Below, in pieces: positions 43,122 to 52,584 of a stretch of DNA of 56,839 nt. Both the position numbers and the translations under genes were made by a program. How positions within the stretch are numbered: position 1 is the first letter of the stretch; the number at the start of each line of letters is the position of its first letter. Origin of the DNA: a virus (taxonomy: Duplodnaviria; Caudoviricetes); IMG/VR virus record IMGVR_UViG_3300034088_000014, positions 1 to 56,839 of that record, one strand, 5' to 3'. The notes beneath the pieces were generated by a model. That model did not search any database and was not told the DNA's origin. It saw only the letters and a program-made list of their open reading frames with translations.

Positions 43122-44284
43122 GCCTCAGCCGTTTCGCGCAGCATTTCGTAGCTCACCTTTACTCTGGAAACCTCGCCATACTCTCGGTGATAAGTGATGC
43201 ACTGGGCGTCCCGGCCGGAGATGTACCCGCCGCGAGAGGCGTAGGCGTCGGGTGCCGTCAGCGTCCGATGCTGCTCCACGATCATCAGCGGGTTCTCCTT
43301 CACGTCCAGATGGTGAAGGTGCCCCATGTGGGCATAGGCGAACTTCGTGCGGCCGAACACCTCGCGGAATTTGGCGGCGAACACCTCCGACACGTTGGAC
43401 ACCTTGCGCTTGTGTCCGTGATGGAAGAACAGCGCCACCTTGCCGAACTCATAGACGTTGTACGGTGACGGCGTGCGGTCCACCGTGACGCGCGGCTCGT
43501 TTTCGTAGAGGACGGACAGCCACTCACGCAACCAGATTTGCGACACTGGATCGTGGTTCGCGTCGGCCATCAGGATATGCACCCGCTTGTGCTTCGCCAG
43601 CAGCATGTCGATGACTTGCCGCAGCACGCGAATAACGATTCGGACAACCTTTTGAAAGCGCGTGTCCACATCGAGAACATGCTTTGAGGCGGGCGTCAGC
43701 GGCTCCAGACCATCCGAATGAAGCAGGTCTGAGAGCTGCGCCAGGACGGCAGTCTCGGCGTTCGGAGACATGGCAATCGCCTGCGCGAACCACTCGACCA
43801 ACGTCCGCTCGGCAATGTCTACGTTCCAATTCGCCCCGGTTTCTTCATGCCAACTTAGAGCGTTCAGGTGGTAGTCGGTTATGACGTAGCAGTTGCACAG
43901 GCTGGCGTTGCTGCTTGTGACCGCATCCGGCAGTGCGGTAAGGCGCGGAATTTCCTCTTTCAGCGCTTCCGCGAACTCCCGCAGCAGTTCGCCTTGCCGC
44001 TCCTTGTCCGCAGCCGTCTTGATCCATTGCAGGCCGTCGCTGGTCTTTGTGAGGGTTGACGCTCCTGTGATGGCGAACCCGTCCGGGATGCGGTTTACGT
44101 CCTGATGCTGGGATGCGCTTTTCTGCGCCGCCCGCGCCTCCAGACTGCGAAGCGACCTTTGCAACGTGCGCTGATGAATGCCGAGCGCCTTGGCCGCCTT
44201 GGTTTCCGAGCCGTGCTGCTCAACGGCGTCGAGGTATTCCAACTGCCGGATGGTCGCCCATGAGCGCAGTTGGGCGTCCATCAT
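43118..44284 (-). CDS. HTH-fused calcineurin-like metallophosphoesterase
   Basis: N-terminal HTH; TDYH, SDLLHSD, ANHD, HHGH and GHLHH motifs. Confidence 0.8.
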   Translation of the reverse strand: MMDAQLRSWATIRQLEYLDAVEQHGSETKAAKALGIHQRTLQRSLRSLEARAAQKSASQHQDVNRIPDGFAITGASTLTKTSDGLQWIKTAADKERQGELLREFAEALKEEIPRLTALPDAVTSSNASLCNCYVITDYHLNALSWHEETGANWNVDIAERTLVEWFAQAIAMSPNAETAVLAQLSDLLHSDGLEPLTPASKHVLDVDTRFQKVVRIVIRVLRQVIDMLLAKHKRVHILMADANHDPVSQIWLREWLSVLYENEPRVTVDRTPSPYNVYEFGKVALFFHHGHKRKVSNVSEVFAAKFREVFGRTKFAYAHMGHLHHLDVKENPLMIVEQHRTLTAPDAYASRGGYISGRDAQCITYHREYGEVSRVKVSYEMLRETAEA

Positions 44285-44673
44285 TTCGCCCCCGACAGCA
44301 TCGGAAGCAGCACTTCCATGATGTTGATGATTCGGTGCTCGGCGCTTCCTATGGCGTCCTCGTCGTGGTTCGCCCGCGCTGTCTCGATCAGTTCATGCAG
44401 GAACACATGCAGCACTTCATGCAGCGCCGTCTTGTCCAGCATTTCGGGCGTTACCACTTCGCCGGACCAGTCCTTGCCCAGCCGGATTGAGGCCGCCCGC
44501 TGCTCTAGGTCGAACTTCGCCACTTCGGCCATGACCTTGCGGGGGCTGCGCCTGTCGGATACGGCAATTCGCCAATCCTTCATCCCGAGTACCGACTGCC
44601 ATCTGCCGACACAACGAGCGAAGAACGCGGCATCGTCGGGCGTGACAGGGTTGGCGGGTGGCTTCTTGGTCAT
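44281..44673 (-). CDS. HExxH putative metallopeptidase
   Basis: ALHEVLH motif with a downstream E. Confidence 0.6.
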   Translation of the reverse strand: MTKKPPANPVTPDDAAFFARCVGRWQSVLGMKDWRIAVSDRRSPRKVMAEVAKFDLEQRAASIRLGKDWSGEVVTPEMLDKTALHEVLHVFLHELIETARANHDEDAIGSAEHRIINIMEVLLPMLSGAK

Positions 44674-44740
44674 GGGCGATCCGGGACGGGGGGAAGGCGG
44701 TCTGGCTGCGGGAAACGCGGCGCGGCGGCAATCGTCGTCA

Positions 44741-45046
44741 TCAGAGCTGCCTTGTCTTCTGGAATGCGCCGGCAGGCAGTAGCCCGGTGTCTCCGTCGCT
44801 GTAAGCTATGACAACCATCCCGTCAGCCCGCAGCGCCCAACAAGCCTGAATCAGCTTTCCGCCGATCACCGCATTGGCCGCCCGGAAGTGCTGCACCACT
44901 TCAGCCGGGATCAGCGCAACGACTGCGGCATGACAGGGTTCCTCCGTAATCTCCACCGAGTCAGCCCCGGCGCGGAAGATGGCGGAATCGGCCGTCGCCG
45001 AGAAAGCGAGCAGGGCTGCGCCTGCGCAAAGGACGATGCGCTTCAT
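44741..45046 (-). CDS. Secreted hypothetical protein
   Basis: Signal peptide MKRIVLCAGAALLAFSATA. Confidence 0.65.
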   Translation of the reverse strand: MKRIVLCAGAALLAFSATADSAIFRAGADSVEITEEPCHAAVVALIPAEVVQHFRAANAVIGGKLIQACWALRADGMVVIAYSDGDTGLLPAGAFQKTRQL

Positions 45047-45062
45047 GGTTGTCTCCGGTGAG

Positions 45063-45512
45063 TTATCTAGGCCAGGCGTCGATCAGTTCGCGGGCGTAGC
45101 TATCAGCTCTTGCAGCAGCTTCCGCCACTCCGAGATATCGCGCTTCGCATCTTCCAAGTAGGTCGGTGGCGAGGGTGGCAGTACGCTCGGCGGCATCGCG
45201 GGATTTCTTGGCGTAATAGCGGGCGGCGCTGAGGTCGTCCCGCAGGCCGACAGACTCGCCGCGAGCACGATCAGCAGCAGCACGGATGCCAGCCTCACGG
45301 GAGCGGGCCAGCTTTGCAGCTTCGTCAGCGCGCCTTTGCCTAGCCTGCTCCAGAGAGTGGGCCTCTTGATTGGCGGTCGCCGTGGCTGCTGTCCACTCGG
45401 CATGAACGGTCGATCTTCCATGTGTGTCGCCTTTCCAGAATCCAGCGCCAAAGGAAACGGCCAGCGCAAGGCCGGCAGCCAGCCACAGGCCGGGGTTGAG
45501 CAGGGATGGCAT
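45063..45512 (-). CDS. Inner-membrane spanin (Rz-like)
   Basis: N-terminal TM followed by a coiled coil, after the endolysin. Confidence 0.8.
   Translation of the reverse strand: MPSLLNPGLWLAAGLALAVSFGAGFWKGDTHGRSTVHAEWTAATATANQEAHSLEQARQRRADEAAKLARSREAGIRAAADRARGESVGLRDDLSAARYYAKKSRDAAERTATLATDLLGRCEARYLGVAEAAARADSYARELIDAWPR
45083..45298 (-). CDS. Outer-membrane spanin lipoprotein (Rz1-like), nested in Rz
   Basis: LLLIVLAASLSAC lipobox and Pro-rich body in an alternate frame; start uncertain. Confidence 0.75.
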   Translation of the reverse strand: MRLASVLLLIVLAASLSACGTTSAPPAITPRNPAMPPSVLPPSPPTYLEDAKRDISEWRKLLQELIATPAN

Positions 45513-45570
45513 CTAAGCCTCCAACGTGGGCACCGCGACAGGTCGTGCGGGCCGTGACAGAGCGGGCAGA

Positions 45571-46080
45571 TCACTGCCCCATGCAAGTGCGGTACTCGGC
45601 TTGCCGGCGCTTCGTCAGGCCGGGAAGGCGCACCAGCGGGTGCTCCCATTCGCCCGTGGACTTGTTCAGAACCTTCGGCTTGGTGCGGTCGCGGAACTTG
45701 TCGAAGTCGAGAATGGTCCGGCAGGCCGCTTCGTAGTCGCCGGCATTGAGCTTGCCGGGGATAGAAGAGTTGCAGAACCGCGTGACGCCCACGTTGTACG
45801 CAAGGCTGACGAAGGCATCAAACTCGCGCTGGAGCATCGGCACCGGAGCGCAGCGCCTTACCCCTTGGGCGTGCTGCTCGGCGCTCTCCTGAAGGCGGAT
45901 AAGGGCTCGCACGGGGGTTGTGCGGTCGCCCATCTTCACGCCGGAAGTCTCGCCAAAGCCGATAGTGGGAACGTCGCCCGGGACGGGGATGTAGGCGTCG
46001 TCGCGGTAGCCCTCGGAAACCGCCAGCCCAACCAGCACGGACGCCGAGAGCGTCAGCGCCGCAACGTAGACCCTACTCAT
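45571..46080 (-). CDS. Endolysin, GH24 lysozyme, SAR-type
   Basis: Hydrophobic N-terminus, EG-D-T-IGFG catalytic region, SLAYNVG and GLTKRRQAE. Confidence 0.92.
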   Translation of the reverse strand: MSRVYVAALTLSASVLVGLAVSEGYRDDAYIPVPGDVPTIGFGETSGVKMGDRTTPVRALIRLQESAEQHAQGVRRCAPVPMLQREFDAFVSLAYNVGVTRFCNSSIPGKLNAGDYEAACRTILDFDKFRDRTKPKVLNKSTGEWEHPLVRLPGLTKRRQAEYRTCMGQ

Positions 46081-46330
46081 TCTCGTCAGCCCGCGACTTC
46101 TGCCGCGCGATCTGCAAGTGCTGGTGCTTGAAGTAGAAGTTCATCGCCTGACTGGAGATCAGGCCGACAACGCCCACCACGATGCCAACGAAGATTCCGA
46201 TCAGCGACCACTCATCGAGCGAATAGCCGAAATACTGTTTTGTGGCCGAACCGATCGTGATCGCTGGGCCGCCGTATTGCGCCGCTGATGCCGCCTTTGA
46301 GGCGAACGTCGCTGTCTCGGCTGTCGTCAT
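46073..46330 (-). CDS. Holin
   Basis: Small TM protein with a basic C-terminus directly upstream of the endolysin. Confidence 0.75.
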   Translation of the reverse strand: MTTAETATFASKAASAAQYGGPAITIGSATKQYFGYSLDEWSLIGIFVGIVVGVVGLISSQAMNFYFKHQHLQIARQKSRADENE

Positions 46331-46352
46331 GCTTGCGCCCCTTTCAGGCATG

Positions 46353-46373
46353 AAAAAACCGCCCTAGGGCGGT
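46353..46373 (-). terminator. Intrinsic terminator before the lysis cassette
   Basis: ACCGCC-CTAG-GGCGGT followed by TTTTT. Confidence 0.75.
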
Positions 46374-46564
46374 CAGGCTGGCTTGCTGCGCGGCTTGCGC
46401 TTTGGCTTTTGCTGCTCTGCGAAGGCGGCAATCTGCTTTCGCGCTTCTGCTTCCAACGCCTCGTACAGTGGTTTTGCGCGTCCGAGCGGCAGCATGGATA
46501 GACCTTCCATCACAAGATCAAACGCGGCCGGCTGAAGGGTTATAGTGATTTGCGGCTGATTCAT
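46373..46564 (-). CDS. Small tail-fibre-associated protein
   Basis: MNQPQITITL-GLSMLP; 63 aa. Confidence 0.55.
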   Translation of the reverse strand: MNQPQITITLQPAAFDLVMEGLSMLPLGRAKPLYEALEAEARKQIAAFAEQQKPKRKPRSKPA

Positions 46565-46566
46565 CT

Positions 46567-46857
46567 TTATGCGTCCAGGGCAGTAGCGAACGCCTCGAGC
46601 TTCTTCAGTTCGATGTAGGCGAACGCCTGGGCGTTCTCGACCAGCACCGGAGCGCCTGCGGCATCGACCGGCCAGGCGAACGAGTACGCCTGCGTCCAGG
46701 CCAGCGCATTGCGCTCGGATGCGGCGGCGGCGTCCTTGTAGGCGCGCACGGTGGCGACCACGGTCTGCTTGGGGTTGAGGGTGACGTGCTCGACGCGGAT
46801 GTACGCATCGGCCACGGTGACGCCACCGGGCAGGTCGAGGGGTTGCTTGAGGGCCAT
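46567..46857 (-). CDS. Putative tail fibre assembly protein
   Basis: DAYIRVE and QAFAYIELKKL; follows the fibre gene. Confidence 0.55.
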   Translation of the reverse strand: MALKQPLDLPGGVTVADAYIRVEHVTLNPKQTVVATVRAYKDAAAASERNALAWTQAYSFAWPVDAAGAPVLVENAQAFAYIELKKLEAFATALDA

Positions 46858-46872
46858 AGTTGGTTCTCCTGG

Positions 46873-47154
46873 TTAGAAGGGGCGGATGCCCCGCATGTGG
46901 TTGCGCACGATGACGACGGCCTGCACGGCGGCCACGGCGCCAGCGAAGCACACGCCCCACGGGTGCAGGCTGGACGCGATGACGGCGGCCACCCACGCGG
47001 CGAAGTAGGCGTGAATGCCAGCCCTGCCGAAGCGCGCGTGCAGCCAGCGGATCACCGGGTTCAACTCGCGCCAGCGGTTGGCGAATATCCACAGGGTCTG
47101 CCTCCAGTCGATGACCAGCAGCAGGGCGGCGAGGATGGTGAGGATGAGGGTCAT
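46873..47154 (-). CDS. Membrane protein
   Basis: DWRQT and ELNPVI motifs, three TM segments. Confidence 0.6.
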   Translation of the reverse strand: MTLILTILAALLLVIDWRQTLWIFANRWRELNPVIRWLHARFGRAGIHAYFAAWVAAVIASSLHPWGVCFAGAVAAVQAVVIVRNHMRGIRPF

Positions 47155-47158
47155 GGCG

Positions 47159-48004
47159 TCAGGCTGCTGCGATGGTGGTGACGGTGCCCGACGAGCCGCG
47201 ATACTTCAGGGCGCCCCCCTCTACCCATAGCGTCCCGCCAGCGATGCTCCCGCCAGGAGCCACGCCGTTGAACATGGCGATTGCGTTGACGCCTCCACCG
47301 GTGGTCGCTCCTCCGACGGAAAGGGTGGAGTTCACATCCAGCGTCAGTGCGGTGGTCCAGGTGACGGCGTTGCCTGCGGTGCCGGAGGCGGCGATGTTGA
47401 AGGTGAAGCCGGAATCATCAACGGACAGCATCCGTGCCGGTACGCCTGTGTCTGTGTACTTGTAGCCGCCGTTGTAGTTGGTGCCTCGCATCAAGTAGAC
47501 GCCGTTTCCGGCGCCCCACAGCGTCGCGTTTGCGTTGTTCAACTGGAGTGCTTTACCCAAGCTCCACGCACTCGGCGTCACCCCCAGGCCGAGGTTGCCG
47601 GAGGCGTCGAGGGTGGCGATTAAGTTAGACGCCCGACGGATATCGAATGTGTTGTCGTAGCGAATAACGGACGTACCAGCCGCGCCACCAAATGTAGAGC
47701 CATCATCAACACCAATCAGCATTCCACCCGTCCCGGTGCCGGAACGTGTTACGGAATACCCACCCCATCCAGTCGTGCCGTTTGCGTTGTAGATGGCGTT
47801 GGTGCCAGTCTGCGTGATATTCCCCGTCGTGCTCAGAGCACCAGTGACAGCCAACGTCCCTCCAGCCGGAGTGACTGCGGCCACCGCAGCGTTTACGAGT
47901 TCCTGCGCGGAGAAACGCTTTACTGCCCCAGCTTTGACGCCAAGGACGGTATCAGTTGCCGCCGGGGTGGCGGTTGCAATGGAAGGAACAGCGACATCAG
48001 CCAT
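47159..48004 (-). CDS. Tail fibre-like protein
   Basis: Gly/Thr-rich; [13 protein letters not shown] and [16 protein letters not shown]. Confidence 0.7.
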   Translation of the reverse strand: MADVAVPSIATATPAATDTVLGVKAGAVKRFSAQELVNAAVAAVTPAGGTLAVTGALSTTGNITQTGTNAIYNANGTTGWGGYSVTRSGTGTGGMLIGVDDGSTFGGAAGTSVIRYDNTFDIRRASNLIATLDASGNLGLGVTPSAWSLGKALQLNNANATLWGAGNGVYLMRGTNYNGGYKYTDTGVPARMLSVDDSGFTFNIAASGTAGNAVTWTTALTLDVNSTLSVGGATTGGGVNAIAMFNGVAPGGSIAGGTLWVEGGALKYRGSSGTVTTIAAA

Positions 48005-48010
48005 GATTTA

Positions 48011-48139
48011 TCACCCTGTAAGTTTGTTGCCCAACTCATCTGTCAGGTAGTTGCGTGATTCGTCCAGCAGGTAATCACCTAGGCCGGGCGTGCGGAATCT
48101 GCTTGCTAGGAGCAGCAGAATGCGAACAGCGGTTCTCAC
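48011..48139 (-). CDS. Micro-protein with LLDExxNxLxDExG motif
   Basis: 42 aa ending YLLDESRNYLTDELGNKLTG; not in the ORF track. Confidence 0.55.
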   Translation of the reverse strand: MRTAVRILLLLASRFRTPGLGDYLLDESRNYLTDELGNKLTG

Positions 48140-48173
48140 ATCGCCCCCTTGTGTGTCGTCATGGTTGTTTCCT

Positions 48174-48419
48174 TTAAACGCTCGCGCCAGTGGCGTCTAC
48201 CCAATTCGGGTGCAGATACCAAACCGGCTTTGCAAGCGTGGTGTCGAGATACATCGTCCCGTTGTCTGCCGCAGTGAGTGCCGGGCGGCTCGCGGTCGTG
48301 CCGGTGCGGCGCAATCCAAGATCGCCCACCGCAAACCGCCGCACTACCCCTGCCGTCTCTCCCAAGACCGTAGATGAGGATGTGGGGGTGGCGGTGCTGA
48401 TGTTCGGTACTCGCGCCAT
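48174..48419 (-). CDS. Short fibre-like protein
   Basis: N-terminus paralogous to the 47159 gene; GTTASRP, MYLDTTL and WVDATG motifs. Confidence 0.65.
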   Translation of the reverse strand: MARVPNISTATPTSSSTVLGETAGVVRRFAVGDLGLRRTGTTASRPALTAADNGTMYLDTTLAKPVWYLHPNWVDATGASV

Positions 48420-48420
48420 G

Positions 48421-48579
48421 TCAGGCCCTCAGGTTCTCGCCGTTCTCGTCTTGCAGCGGATTGCCGTTCTCGTCCTCAAGCAGCACGCCTTGCGGGATGT
48501 CGCCCGGATTGACGTAGGCTGGCTTTGGGAGTTGTTCGATGTAGATTGCGCCGTAGAGCTGGTGCTGGTCGGACGGCAT
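48421..48579 (-). CDS. Micro-protein with LEDENGNPLQDENG motif
   Basis: 52 aa, TGATG overlap; not in the ORF track. Confidence 0.55.
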   Translation of the reverse strand: MPSDQHQLYGAIYIEQLPKPAYVNPGDIPQGVLLEDENGNPLQDENGENLRA

Positions 48580-49160
48580 CAGAGCGCGACTGCACTGGCG
48601 CGAAGCTTCTTGACGGCGCCGCTGGCCGGGGTGAACCCCCCGTTACTCACCAATTCCGCATAGAGCGAAGTGGACCCGGCGGCGAGCTTGACCTGCTTGT
48701 TGATCTGCTCGGCCTGCACATAGAGGGTCGAGCCAACATCCGCCGGGCTTCCGAGGTCGATGTATCCGAGATAGCCGGCGCGATCTCCTGCCGGCAGGTC
48801 CCATGCGGCGTTGTCCAGGATGGCCGTGGGCGAAGCGCTGTACAGGTGCAGCCGGAAACTGGTCATGCCGGCCGGAACGCCCGTTACATAGACCATCAAG
48901 TCGGCGGCGGTAATCATGATCCAGCCGCCCGCCGGGCCGATGTTGGCAAGCTCATGAATGGCGCTGCCGGCGTTTGCCGGAGTGCCGGCGTCAGCAACGC
49001 CGATCACGTCGCCTGCGGTATAGGCGGTGGTGTTGGACGGCCGAGTGATCGTGACCTCGGAGGTGTAGGCGGCTCCTGCAACCACCTCCGCAAACGTGCC
49101 GTCGCCCATGTCGCGCAGGCGAATCGGGGCGCTGTCGTCCATTCTGATTTTGTCGGTCAT
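48579..49160 (-). CDS. Virion structural protein
   Basis: 193 aa with TITRPSNTTAYTAGDVI. Confidence 0.6.
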   Translation of the reverse strand: MTDKIRMDDSAPIRLRDMGDGTFAEVVAGAAYTSEVTITRPSNTTAYTAGDVIGVADAGTPANAGSAIHELANIGPAGGWIMITAADLMVYVTGVPAGMTSFRLHLYSASPTAILDNAAWDLPAGDRAGYLGYIDLGSPADVGSTLYVQAEQINKQVKLAAGSTSLYAELVSNGGFTPASGAVKKLRASAVAL

Positions 49161-49234
49161 GGTGCTGTTCCTTTAGCTGGGAGGTGGAAAGACAAAGCCC
49201 GCAGGGATCGCTCCGTGCGGGCTAAAATCGAGGG

Positions 49235-49390
49235 ATGCCGAATTGGCTACTTGCGCTGATCCTCAAGCCGTTCTTGGTCGCGGCTTTTTTGGCTTTCGTC
49301 TGGCTGGTTCACTATCTCGTTTGGAAGCTGCTCCCAAACGGCTGGCTCAAAGCGCTGCTACTGAGGCCGATTGGCCGTCGCCGCCATTAG
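49235..49390 (+). CDS. Small membrane protein, SieA-like position
   Basis: MPNWLLALILKPFLVAAFLAFVWLVHYLVWKLLPNGWLKALLLRPIGRRRH; TAAAAT ends 7 nt before the ATG. Confidence 0.6.
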   Translation: MPNWLLALILKPFLVAAFLAFVWLVHYLVWKLLPNGWLKALLLRPIGRRRH

Positions 49391-51235
49391 CGGGTTCAGT
49401 CCGATCTGCGGCAGGAACGGCTCAACGCCGGCCCCGATGCGCGAACTCAGAGGCAGCGCCCGCGCCAGCTCCATGACCGCCGCCGCCTGTTGCGGGTCCA
49501 TCAGGATTTCGGCCAGCCGGTTTTGGATCTTCGGTTCCGCCGTCTTCATGGCGAACTGGAACGGACGCGCCAGCCCTTGCAGGATCGCGCTGTCCGACCA
49601 GCTCTGAGGCATCCCCGTAGGGCCGAGCACGCGCCGCAGCAGGTTCGCGGACGCCAGAGATTTGGCCGTCTGCGAGCCTGGGCCGTTGGCAGCGTTCGCC
49701 AGGTTCGCCGAAAGCTCAAGCTCGCCGCGTACCGCGTTCAGCGTCGCCATCTGCTCCGGCGTCATCACATCCGACAAGGCGTTGACCCCGTTGAACCCGG
49801 TAGCCTTGCGAACCAGCGTTTGCTCGTCATCCAGCGCCGTGGCGAACTTGTTTGCCATCAGGCGCAGTTGCGGGTCCGGGCCGTTCAGGTGGTCGCGGAT
49901 CGCGCCGGTCGTCTTGTCTACGAGCCGCTGGCCTACGTCCATCTGGTTCAATGGCTTCTTGCCGGCCGCCCAGCCTTCACGCGCCGCCTTGAACTCTGGA
50001 ATGCGAGACTCCATCCACTGGACCAGCGCCTCGCGGGTGTCACGGACGGCCGACGCCTGCTTCCCGGCAATGCCGGAGGTCGGGTCTTTCAGCAGCGCGT
50101 CCATCCCCATCTTCAGGTCTTGCAACGTCTGCCCGCCGATGGTGCGTGGGGCATCCTTCGCCCCGAGGTCAACCAGCACGTTCCCCGCCTCGTCCACGAT
50201 CTGGAGCGGCTGCGCCTGCGGCTTGGGTCCGTGAGAATGGGCAACCGCCGGAATCTCGAACTTGCGGCCTTCCTCCTGTGCGATGTTGCGGGCGCGCTCG
50301 ACCGCTTGCTGCACGGACGGACGCTTGAGCAACGCCTGCAATTCCTTGTCGATTTCAACCGTCGTCGCGCCAGCCTTCGCATAGAGCGGCTTCGTGGTGT
50401 CCTTGAGCGCCTTCGTTGCGGCCTGTCGCTGCGCGTCGGTGCCGGCGATGTTTTGCACCGCAGCAACCCGCGCCGCGTTGTTCTCGCCTGCCCGCTGCCC
50501 GAAAGCGGCGGCAACCTTCGGCTCCTGCTGGGCGAGGGATCGCTCCAGCATCGCCATGCCGGGGTCTTTCGCAGCTTCGGACAGCAGCGGCCTCGCGCCG
50601 GTCGCCGTGGGCGCGCTGGTGGCCGCAGCAACCTGCGCCGGGTCGCTGGCAAACTCGTTGATGACCCGGCCAGCAATCCGGTTCCTTCCCCCCGCCGTAA
50701 AAGGCTCGGCAAGGCCCTTCACGCCCTGATAGCCGGCCGCAAGACCGCGCCCCGCCAGAATGGCAGCAGGAGCCGCCACCCCACCCAAAAGCGCGTTCTG
50801 GACGGTTTCGCCTGTGCTGGTGCTCGGAGCGGCAAGCCCGGTAGCCGCGCCGCTCGCCGCCGCGCCCGGAATGGTGGCCGCGCCAGGGATAAAGGCGGTC
50901 GGCGCAAGCATCGCCACGTTGCCGGCCAGGTTGCCGACGGTGCCCGCCGTGGTGTCCATCAGGGGGGCGTCCCGCTTGCGCGACTCGGCCACATCCTTGC
51001 GGTCCACAAGACCGACCATCTGCCCGAGCCCGCGCCCAACGTCCACAATGGCTTTCCCAGCCCCGGCCGCGCCACGCTCAAACGCGGTCATGTCGCGCAT
51101 CGGATCGAAGGCGAAGTCCTGCTTCGGCTGCGCCCTCATCCGCGTGATTTCGCCGGCCAGAATCTTCGCGGCCTGAACGTCGCCGGCCTTGTCGGCGGCA
51201 ACCAGTGCGCGGGACAGTTCGTCAAGCGTTGCCAT
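49358..51235 (-). CDS. DNA ejection / internal virion protein (gp16-like position)
   Basis: 625 aa, Ala/Gly-rich helical; third gene of the ejection trio. Confidence 0.7.
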   Translation of the reverse strand: MATLDELSRALVAADKAGDVQAAKILAGEITRMRAQPKQDFAFDPMRDMTAFERGAAGAGKAIVDVGRGLGQMVGLVDRKDVAESRKRDAPLMDTTAGTVGNLAGNVAMLAPTAFIPGAATIPGAAASGAATGLAAPSTSTGETVQNALLGGVAAPAAILAGRGLAAGYQGVKGLAEPFTAGGRNRIAGRVINEFASDPAQVAAATSAPTATGARPLLSEAAKDPGMAMLERSLAQQEPKVAAAFGQRAGENNAARVAAVQNIAGTDAQRQAATKALKDTTKPLYAKAGATTVEIDKELQALLKRPSVQQAVERARNIAQEEGRKFEIPAVAHSHGPKPQAQPLQIVDEAGNVLVDLGAKDAPRTIGGQTLQDLKMGMDALLKDPTSGIAGKQASAVRDTREALVQWMESRIPEFKAAREGWAAGKKPLNQMDVGQRLVDKTTGAIRDHLNGPDPQLRLMANKFATALDDEQTLVRKATGFNGVNALSDVMTPEQMATLNAVRGELELSANLANAANGPGSQTAKSLASANLLRRVLGPTGMPQSWSDSAILQGLARPFQFAMKTAEPKIQNRLAEILMDPQQAAAVMELARALPLSSRIGAGVEPFLPQIGLNPLMAATANRPQ

Positions 51236-52584
51236 CAGTTGCCACCGTATTTCTTCAGCAGTTCGTCAATGGCCGGATCGGTCCCGCCCTGCGGCGTCGT
51301 CAGCGACGGAGCCGAGCGCAGTCCGCCCGGCACTTCAGCCGCCATGCCTTTGATGGCCAGCTCACGATTCCGGCGCTTTTGATCCAGCACCGCATTGCTG
51401 TCGCCAGGCTGCGGGAAATACTGCTTCTGCCCGTTGGCAAATTCCGGCTTGGAAATGACCGCGCCAGATTCGCGCCGCAGGACGGCATTGATGAAGTCGC
51501 GCTGCGCCTGTTCGGCCTGCTGGCCTTGATCGGTAAGCATCAGGTTTCCGGCATACCCAGCCACCCCGCCCACAATCGGCACATCAGCCGCGCCCATCTT
51601 GGCGTTCACCGCCAGCGGGGAGTACTTGCCTTCAAGGTCCGTCAGGATGCGGTGCGATTCCGCCATGCGCGAGCCGAACAGGTTCGCTTTGGCTTGCGCG
51701 TCGGTCAGTTGCCGGTCTGCCGCCTTGCCCTTAACTTGCTTGCCGTCAGCGCCGATGAGCGGAACCGTCGTCGCAGCGCGCGGGTCGGCCACCACATAGC
51801 CGCCGGCCGTCTCCACAATTTGCCCTTTCGGCTGGTTGCGGTCGAACTCCAGTCGTTCCCGGGCGCGGGCATCCACCATGTTCTGGCCACGGCGCGCGGT
51901 GTCGGCGGAAAGCAGCGCATTCGGGTCCGCCACCTTCTGCACCGACGACACCACAGACGGAGCCCCGCCCAGCCCCGGCAGCGCCAGCACGTTCTCCACT
52001 TGTCCGGAGTCTTGCTTCTGGTACTTCGGCGCATTCGCCTTCAGGAACTCGCCCATGCCCAGCGCCTGCTGCTTCAGCCAATCGGAAAACTGCGCCGGCT
52101 CGGTCGGGATGCGCGCGACCGCTTGCTCATAGGGCGACATGGATTGCATCACCGGCCCGAGCACCGGGTCTTTGTACTGCGCTTGCAGCCACGCGGCGGC
52201 ATGTTCAGGCGCAGAAACGCCAGCCAAGGCATCGCGGTACATGCTGGTCCGCTTGGCAAGCGCTTCAGCCTCCGCCTTGCTCGCGGTCGCCTCCTTGGAT
52301 TTGCGCTCGGCTTCGGCGTTGCGGTACTCGGTCGCGCCCTTCACGTTGCCGATCTTCAACAGCGCGTTGTACGGGTCTTGCCCTGTCGTCAGCGCCTCGC
52401 GCAGTGCATTCTGATCGGCCAAGCCGCGCTGGTACTCGTCCATCTTCAGCCGCGACATGGCGCGCTCGTCCTGCATCCCTTGCAGTTGCATCACGCGGGC
52501 CAGTTGGTTGATCCCGGCGTCCGGCGACGGCATCTGAAGCTGAAGCGGCTGCACGCCCAGCGGAATCCGTGCATCAATCGCCAT
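51235..52584 (-). CDS. DNA ejection / internal virion protein (gp20-like position)
   Basis: About 449 aa with QRDFINAVLRRESGAVI and YFPQPGD. Confidence 0.7.
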   Translation of the reverse strand: MAIDARIPLGVQPLQLQMPSPDAGINQLARVMQLQGMQDERAMSRLKMDEYQRGLADQNALREALTTGQDPYNALLKIGNVKGATEYRNAEAERKSKEATASKAEAEALAKRTSMYRDALAGVSAPEHAAAWLQAQYKDPVLGPVMQSMSPYEQAVARIPTEPAQFSDWLKQQALGMGEFLKANAPKYQKQDSGQVENVLALPGLGGAPSVVSSVQKVADPNALLSADTARRGQNMVDARARERLEFDRNQPKGQIVETAGGYVVADPRAATTVPLIGADGKQVKGKAADRQLTDAQAKANLFGSRMAESHRILTDLEGKYSPLAVNAKMGAADVPIVGGVAGYAGNLMLTDQGQQAEQAQRDFINAVLRRESGAVISKPEFANGQKQYFPQPGDSNAVLDQKRRNRELAIKGMAAEVPGGLRSAPSLTTPQGGTDPAIDELLKKYGGN

